This document shows, in pieces, positions 23,736-28,414 of a stretch of 28,414 bases of DNA. A program made the translations under genes and the position numbers. This stretch comes from a virus (Duplodnaviria; Caudoviricetes), in the IMG/VR virus record IMGVR_UViG_3300025803_000074, positions 1 through 28,414 of that record. One strand, given 5' to 3'. The notes beneath the pieces are model-generated. The model saw only the letters and a program-made list of their open reading frames with translations, made no database searches and was not told where the DNA came from. Position 1 is the first letter of the stretch. The number at the start of each line of letters is the position of its first letter.

Positions 23736-25314
23736 TTATCTGTTCCTCTTGAGGTTGAGACATTTGTTGCTGTTGCATCGCTTGTGCCATAGCCACCATT
23801 TGTCTGCGTTCCTCAAGGTCGCGGATCAGTGTATCAGGGACGCCAAACTTCTTTGCTAAGTAAGCGGCGGTATCTTCTGAATTAATAAGTAGGTTCATTA
23901 CCTCTGGACCAAAACTGCCCTGCACAAGCTCAAGCCAACGAGCAACGGAGGATATATCTTGATTGGCCTGTGCCTGTGCAAGAGGTGATACTGAACGTAC
24001 TTTTACTTCACGACCATTAATAGTCGGAAGATCAATTCGCCCCTGCTTCTTTAGAATGTACACCACCCTTTGAAGAACAGGCTGAACAAGTTCTGCTTGT
24101 AGTCTGCCAAAGGCAGAACCAATACGCCGAGATAAATCTGACATACGTTCTGCAACCTCTGTAGCAGAAGCAGGAGTACGATCAGGATTACCAAGCATAT
24201 CATTGTATAGCGCACGTTTAATATTCAAGCGCATGTCTGAAAGAACAAGGTTAGCTACATCAAACGAACCAGCCGCACGAATAGGCTCAAGACCGCGTGA
24301 TCCAGTAGCTTTTGGTATAACCGTTCCCGGAACCAAGTTAATTGTATCTGGGTTAACTACTCCGTCATCTTCCATTTGGTATATACCTGAGATAGCCATT
24401 TGCGCGTTCTCAAGTATAAGTTCAATCGTAAGATTTGTAGTTTTAATAGCACTAAGCGCATTGATGAGAGGACCCCGCCCATAGACTTCGCCGCTACATT
24501 TTGACCAACGGAAGCAAACAAAAGGATTTGACCCAACACCTCGGTACTTTTCCTCTTTAACAATTTCTTTGGTATCACATTCGATAGCATAGAAAAGGTA
24601 GGCATCTTCGTTTTTAACTGTGTAATCCTTACAAACGATTTCAAGTATCTTAATGCGTTCATCAGGATAGTTGTTAATCTTGCTAGTAAGTTTGTCACTA
24701 ATCTTCGCCTTTGGATACATAATTTCAATGTCAGATGCGCGAACTTGTCTTTCTCTATATACATGATCGATCTTGTCATCAGGACCAGAATCAAGCACAA
24801 CATGCGGTAACGGTATAGCAGAGAACACTACAGGATTGATTGCATCACCTTCTGCAACGCTCAATACGCCAGTACCAACAGCCAGATCCATGAATGACTC
24901 ATGCACTTCCTGACCAAAGTTTGAGTTCTGTATTACTTCAAACACATACTCTGTGACTTCATCTAAGTCGTTATCAACGCTTTCGCGTGAGTCAGGTGGC
25001 ACTTCACTGCCAGATGTAAAGTCTGCCCAACGTGCAAAGTTAGGCACAAGACCCTGTTGTAAGCGGGATGCAAACTCTTGCACACCAACAACGGCAGTCT
25101 CATCAAAGATTTTATCATCCCTGCGCTGACCAATCGTTTCATAATAGAACGACTCGCGCTGTGGAAGCGCATACTCATAACACTCCTCAAAGAGTGGTAC
25201 AAAGTTTTCACGCATAGATTTAGCTTTTTCGTATTTTTTCAAATACATAGCGGCAACTTTATCATTGCCGCCACCAGATCCACCAAAGGATGATGTGTCT
25301 GTATATGTTATCAT
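23719..25314 (-). CDS. Portal protein (head-tail connector, T7 gp8/Bbp21-like)
   Basis: IFDETA, DLAVGTG, RWSKCSGEVYGRGP, SATEVAER, FGRLQAE, VSPLAQAQ. Confidence 0.95.
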   Translation of the reverse strand: MITYTDTSSFGGSGGGNDKVAAMYLKKYEKAKSMRENFVPLFEECYEYALPQRESFYYETIGQRRDDKIFDETAVVGVQEFASRLQQGLVPNFARWADFTSGSEVPPDSRESVDNDLDEVTEYVFEVIQNSNFGQEVHESFMDLAVGTGVLSVAEGDAINPVVFSAIPLPHVVLDSGPDDKIDHVYRERQVRASDIEIMYPKAKISDKLTSKINNYPDERIKILEIVCKDYTVKNEDAYLFYAIECDTKEIVKEEKYRGVGSNPFVCFRWSKCSGEVYGRGPLINALSAIKTTNLTIELILENAQMAISGIYQMEDDGVVNPDTINLVPGTVIPKATGSRGLEPIRAAGSFDVANLVLSDMRLNIKRALYNDMLGNPDRTPASATEVAERMSDLSRRIGSAFGRLQAELVQPVLQRVVYILKKQGRIDLPTINGREVKVRSVSPLAQAQANQDISSVARWLELVQGSFGPEVMNLLINSEDTAAYLAKKFGVPDTLIRDLEERRQMVAMAQAMQQQQMSQPQEEQIIGTQQ

Positions 25315-25526
25315 TGATTAAACCTGTTATAAAATCCAACACCACCACCAGATCCACTTATTAAAGATCTGCGTCCTGACCCCTTACGCATACTTTTTAC
25401 AGTTTCTTCAAGAGCCTCTTGCTTTGCACCCTTCTTTTCTTCAAGTGCTTTAGCTCTATCAGCCTCTTGCTGTGCCTTAATAGCAGGATCTACTGAGGGC
25501 GTTTTAGGTCCACGACCTACACACAT
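25311..25526 (-). CDS. Small protein upstream of portal (probable virion protein)
   Basis: MC..GPKTP start and GRRSLI motif; AAGGAG RBS. Confidence 0.75.
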   Translation of the reverse strand: MCVGRGPKTPSVDPAIKAQQEADRAKALEEKKGAKQEALEETVKSMRKGSGRRSLISGSGGGVGFYNRFNQ

Positions 25527-25550
25527 GGCTATCTCCTTTATAACTATCTA

Positions 25551-25587
25551 TTCCTAACCACAATTTATTGCAGTCTGCAACTCACAA
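25551..25587 (-). promoter_or_regulatory. Candidate late promoter for portal unit
   Basis: TTGTGAGTTG (25587-25578) overlapping TTGCAG, 18 nt, TAGGAA, in the TerL-portal intergenic gap. Confidence 0.55.
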
Positions 25588-25588
25588 A

Positions 25589-27130
25589 TTACATTCTAGC
25601 CCACAAACCATGCCGTTTGGTTTGCTTTGGCTTCCTAGCAAAGACATCATACTCTGCTTTGGCATTAAAAGCCTTGGCTTGTCTTTGACCAGATATTAAC
25701 TGTCTGCCCTCACCAGCACCCAGCATTAAGTATTGTAGAGCATCGTGGATGTGTGAATACATATTCTTGTCAGGCTTATCATCAAACCTTTCACCAGATA
25801 CTTGCATACGCTTGTATCCATAGCCACCTTCAAAGCCTTTGATTAGTGTTGGGCAACGCCGATCAATCATAAATGCTGGCTTGCCCTCGACCATTTTGTT
25901 TAGGTTGCTTGAGACAGCTTCAAGTCTAAGATCAACAGAATTGCTATGAGTTGGGTTTGCTCTTAGGCCAGCACCCCTAAGTATTTGAAAAGGTGTGCTT
26001 TCATCAGTCTGTGCGCGGAAGTCACCAGCAGGATCACCATAGATATGAACATCATTTAGAACAGCAAACCTAGTTGCTATTTCTTGGCGCAGTAATTCAG
26101 CAAACCTAACAATGCCCATATCAATAGCCACAATCTCTGACTGTATAAGCCATCTGCCTCTAACCTTCTGACCAAAGACAGCCGCAGGAGTAAGGCCAAA
26201 GTCAATGCCCACATACAAAGGCACACCATCTGCAACTGGTATTTCTTCTTTAGCTATGTGCGTATCTGCAACAAACATAGGATATACAGGCTTTCCTTCT
26301 TGGATTGTACCAAGTCTATTCATTACATACACATCAATCCAGCTTTTTGTCTTACCGCGTATAAGATTAGAATAATATGTCTTAAGCATGTTCTGTTTAT
26401 TTTCAGCACTTTTATTTGGCAGATATTCTAACACGCCACCATTATCATCTGTCTTTTCTATCATGGCCTCTGGTTGCACATAGAAAGACCAGTTATCAGG
26501 CTTGACCAACATCTTGGCTTGCTCTTGAGGAATGTGGTCAGGGATAGGAACTTCACCAGACATAATAGGCCACCAGTGATCTTCTTCGGGTGCATTGGTG
26601 TCAGCTATAACACCAGACCAAGTAGGACCACCATCACGCATAGAAGGGAAACGCCCAACACGCATAGTACACGCATCAATAATTGATTTAGGTATCTCCC
26701 TAGCCTCGTTGATCCAGATGCCAGTAAGCTCAAGGGACAATAGCTTCTTGACATCTTCTGGTCGATCAAGGGCTAGGAAGATTACTTCAAGCTCTAAGTC
26801 AGCTTGTTTTATCCAATGAGTGTAAGGCACAGACCATAAGAACTTGCCCCAATCTTCTTCGGGAAACCAATCAAGCCATGTCTTGATCGTAGTTGTTCTT
26901 AGCTGTGGATTAGTATTACGAATGATTGCCCACCTACTACGGCGTACACCATCTTTGTTTCGCTCTTGTTGTAAGGCTCTGCGGAATACTTCAACGCAAC
27001 AGCTTACAGATTTACCCGACCCAACAGGACCGCGTATGCCACGAAAGAACGATTCGTTCTTCATAAAGGCTTTCAAGACTTCGCCATCAGGCTTGTACTT
27101 AAAGCTGGTCAACCTTGTGATCCTTACCAA
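25589..27130 (-). CDS. terL: Terminase large subunit
   Basis: Walker A GPVGSGKS, Walker B GIWINE, DTNAP, nuclease GIDFG, DPAG, SHIHDALQY; true start may be TTG 27112. Confidence 0.95.
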   Translation of the reverse strand: MVRITRLTSFKYKPDGEVLKAFMKNESFFRGIRGPVGSGKSVSCCVEVFRRALQQERNKDGVRRSRWAIIRNTNPQLRTTTIKTWLDWFPEEDWGKFLWSVPYTHWIKQADLELEVIFLALDRPEDVKKLLSLELTGIWINEAREIPKSIIDACTMRVGRFPSMRDGGPTWSGVIADTNAPEEDHWWPIMSGEVPIPDHIPQEQAKMLVKPDNWSFYVQPEAMIEKTDDNGGVLEYLPNKSAENKQNMLKTYYSNLIRGKTKSWIDVYVMNRLGTIQEGKPVYPMFVADTHIAKEEIPVADGVPLYVGIDFGLTPAAVFGQKVRGRWLIQSEIVAIDMGIVRFAELLRQEIATRFAVLNDVHIYGDPAGDFRAQTDESTPFQILRGAGLRANPTHSNSVDLRLEAVSSNLNKMVEGKPAFMIDRRCPTLIKGFEGGYGYKRMQVSGERFDDKPDKNMYSHIHDALQYLMLGAGEGRQLISGQRQAKAFNAKAEYDVFARKPKQTKRHGLWARM

Positions 27131-27293
27131 ACTTAATCATGCGTTCTACAATCTCAGGACCGATGGTTGCGATAACCTTGTCAGCCTCTAGGTCAGTGCA
27201 GAACTCTTTAGGATGGTATGCTAGATGTACTTTTTTAACAACACGCCTTAGAACTTCACGTTCTTCAGCCTTGATAGTGTGCATGAAACTCAT
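27099..27293 (-). CDS. Hypothetical protein
   Basis: 64-aa ORF coupled to both neighbours. Confidence 0.7.
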   Translation of the reverse strand: MSFMHTIKAEEREVLRRVVKKVHLAYHPKEFCTDLEADKVIATIGPEIVERMIKFGKDHKVDQL

Positions 27294-27535
27294 CTGTATC
27301 GTGCCGCTTTCTTTGCGACATCCTTTGGTTGCTTGGCGAATTGCTTACCTTTTCGTATCGCCGCCCGCTTCGCTCTTGTGGTGCGTTGATACTCTGAGTC
27401 ACTCATTGCTTCGATGGCTTTGCTTGGAAGGTAACGCTCACCAGTAGCCTTACTGCCTTGTGTGCTAGGCTTGCCAGACTTAGTGCGCCATTTTTGTTTA
27501 GTCCAAGCGCGTAATGATTTCTGCGGTGCTTTCAT
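27290..27535 (-). CDS. Small basic protein resembling C-terminal half of DUF5872
   Basis: QKSLRAWTKQKWRTKSGK...TGERYLP..A...MS..EY..TTRAKR. Confidence 0.75.
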   Translation of the reverse strand: MKAPQKSLRAWTKQKWRTKSGKPSTQGSKATGERYLPSKAIEAMSDSEYQRTTRAKRAAIRKGKQFAKQPKDVAKKAARYR

Positions 27536-27541
27536 TTTATA

Positions 27542-27778
27542 TCAATCAAAGTTAGGGCTACCATCTTTATTAAAAACTCGATTGCTGTTTTGTTGTGACA
27601 ATCTATCTTGATAAAACTTAAAAATTTTAATTTTTTGTCTTTTACTTAAACCAGCCCAACTGCCAGTTTTCATTGCGTCTGCATCAGAAAAAATCATAAC
27701 ATCATCATCAAGCTTGCCAACTTTTTTAAGCAAAGACTTAAATTGACCTTCTGTTGGTACTTTAGGTGTTTTTTTCAT
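27542..27778 (-). CDS. AT-rich hypothetical protein
   Basis: 78-aa ORF, visibly more AT-rich than its flanks. Confidence 0.6.
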   Translation of the reverse strand: MKKTPKVPTEGQFKSLLKKVGKLDDDVMIFSDADAMKTGSWAGLSKRQKIKIFKFYQDRLSQQNSNRVFNKDGSPNFD

Positions 27779-27820
27779 TATACAATTATACCTCTGCTTA
27801 GGGTTACGTATATTGGTATA

Positions 27821-27988
27821 TTAGCTAGTGTATCCACCACCAGCTTTCTTATACAGCAGGGCTAGCCTTTGCGCTTTTCTTGCTGACCACTGACCCGCTT
27901 TTCCGCCCTTTGCCTCGCGCTTTACGCGGTTGAACAGGCTTTTCCTCAGTTTGGGCTTCGTGTAGTTCCCCGCTTCGTTGACCGCCAT
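27821..27988 (-). CDS. 55-aa basic protein resembling N-terminal half of DUF5872, not in ORF track
   Basis: Manual translation MAVNEAGNYTKPKLRKSLFNRVKREAKGGKAGQWSARKAQRLALLYKKAGGGYTS; GGAG RBS. Confidence 0.8.
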   Translation of the reverse strand: MAVNEAGNYTKPKLRKSLFNRVKREAKGGKAGQWSARKAQRLALLYKKAGGGYTS

Positions 27989-28115
27989 CTTCTTTCTCCA
28001 TAGGTATTAGTCGGCGTGAGTCTGGCATATAGGTTGCGCCAGAAAGAATACGTCCATCAGGCATCTTAATAGTTGGCCCTTCATAGGGAGTGCCATCTGT
28101 AAATGTGTACTTCAT
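27849..28115 (-). CDS. Hypothetical protein (YEGPTIKMPDG...SGA motif)
   Basis: ATGA-coupled; last 140 nt overlap the 27821-27988 gene. Confidence 0.7.
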   Translation of the reverse strand: MKYTFTDGTPYEGPTIKMPDGRILSGATYMPDSRRLIPMEKEDGGQRSGELHEAQTEEKPVQPRKARGKGRKSGSVVSKKSAKASPAV

Positions 28116-28264
28116 GATTGCTTCATCTTCGATTTAATAATTTTTTGTTGAAGTGCCTTTGGCAAAGAAGCTTGTTGCTTAGTCAGCAATGACTTTGCCG
28201 CCTTCTTAGCTTTCTTTTTGCCTTCTGGTGTGTAGGCATATTTCTTTCCTGCTACGTTTGGCAT
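28112..28264 (-). CDS. 50-aa Lys-rich protein, not in ORF track
   Basis: Manual translation MPNVAGKKYAYTPEGKKKAKKAAKSLLTKQQASLPKALQQKIIKSKMKQS; GAGG RBS. Confidence 0.75.
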   Translation of the reverse strand: MPNVAGKKYAYTPEGKKKAKKAAKSLLTKQQASLPKALQQKIIKSKMKQS

Positions 28265-28275
28265 TTTATTTTCCT

Positions 28276-28413
28276 CTATTTTGGTAACACTCTTAATTTT
28301 CGCATAGACCGTTCCTTACTTATCCCAGCATTGGTAAGTTCTCTTTGAAAGCTATTACCATCTTCGTTAGGCTCTTGCAGTAATTGAATTGCTATAGACT
28401 GCCTTGATTCCTC
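28276..28413 (-). CDS. 3' end of a hypothetical gene running off the window
   Basis: Open frame EESRQSIAIQLLQEP...RVLPK ending in TAG just before the next RBS. Confidence 0.45.
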   Translation of the reverse strand, partial: EESRQSIAIQLLQEPNEDGNSFQRELTNAGISKERSMRKLRVLPK

Positions 28414-28414
28414 A

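Larger units (their letters stand above)
1..28414. mobile_element. Bacteriophage genome segment (podovirus-type morphogenesis with lambdoid initiator-type replication; HTVC010P/BPP-1-like organisation)
   Basis: TerL-portal-scaffold-MCP-tail tubular A/B-internal virion-tail fibre-lysis genes on the - strand converge with replication/recombination genes on the + strand; no host housekeeping genes. Confidence 0.95.

Noticed and set aside
25568-25580. Palindrome TTGCAG-T-CTGCAA as a third early-type operator
   Set aside because: Half-site order and spacing differ from CTGCR-N4-TGCAG; single instance overlapping the late motif.
12076-27447. Numerous + strand ORFs of 60-182 aa within the structural arm
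   Set aside because: All lie antisense to well-supported genes and have no recognisable motifs.

Overview
About 28 kb of a tailed bacteriophage genome, most likely a marine podovirus with HTVC010P/BPP-1-like gene content. An alphaproteobacterial host is an inference only. The + strand arm (1-5916) is an early/replication region: DUF932 protein, small HTH and Zn proteins, Cro- and XRE-like regulators, Hjc-type resolvase, a lambda-O-like initiator carrying iterons, a loader-like partner, YqaJ exonuclease, Rad52/Sak-like annealing protein and SSB. The convergent - strand arm (28414 to 5988) holds small basic proteins, TerL, portal, scaffold, GNAT/gp13-like protein, MCP, tail tubular A and B, three internal virion proteins, tail fibre, membrane proteins, holin and lysozyme. 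No DNA or RNA polymerase, integrase, tRNA or CRISPR is visible. The most striking features are non-coding. (1) The 9-mer GGAGAACCA forms the ribosome-binding site of five early genes (initiator, loader, exonuclease, Sak and one hypothetical). Its exact complement sits in the loop of a two-hairpin element at the end of the early arm (5919-5984), a candidate trans-acting anti-RBS RNA. (2) Two early sigma70-like promoters share a palindromic operator in their spacers. (3) The motif TTGTG(A/C)GTTG precedes the portal, capsid and tail-fibre units, a candidate late-promoter motif. All family calls come from motif recognition by eye; no database searches were run.
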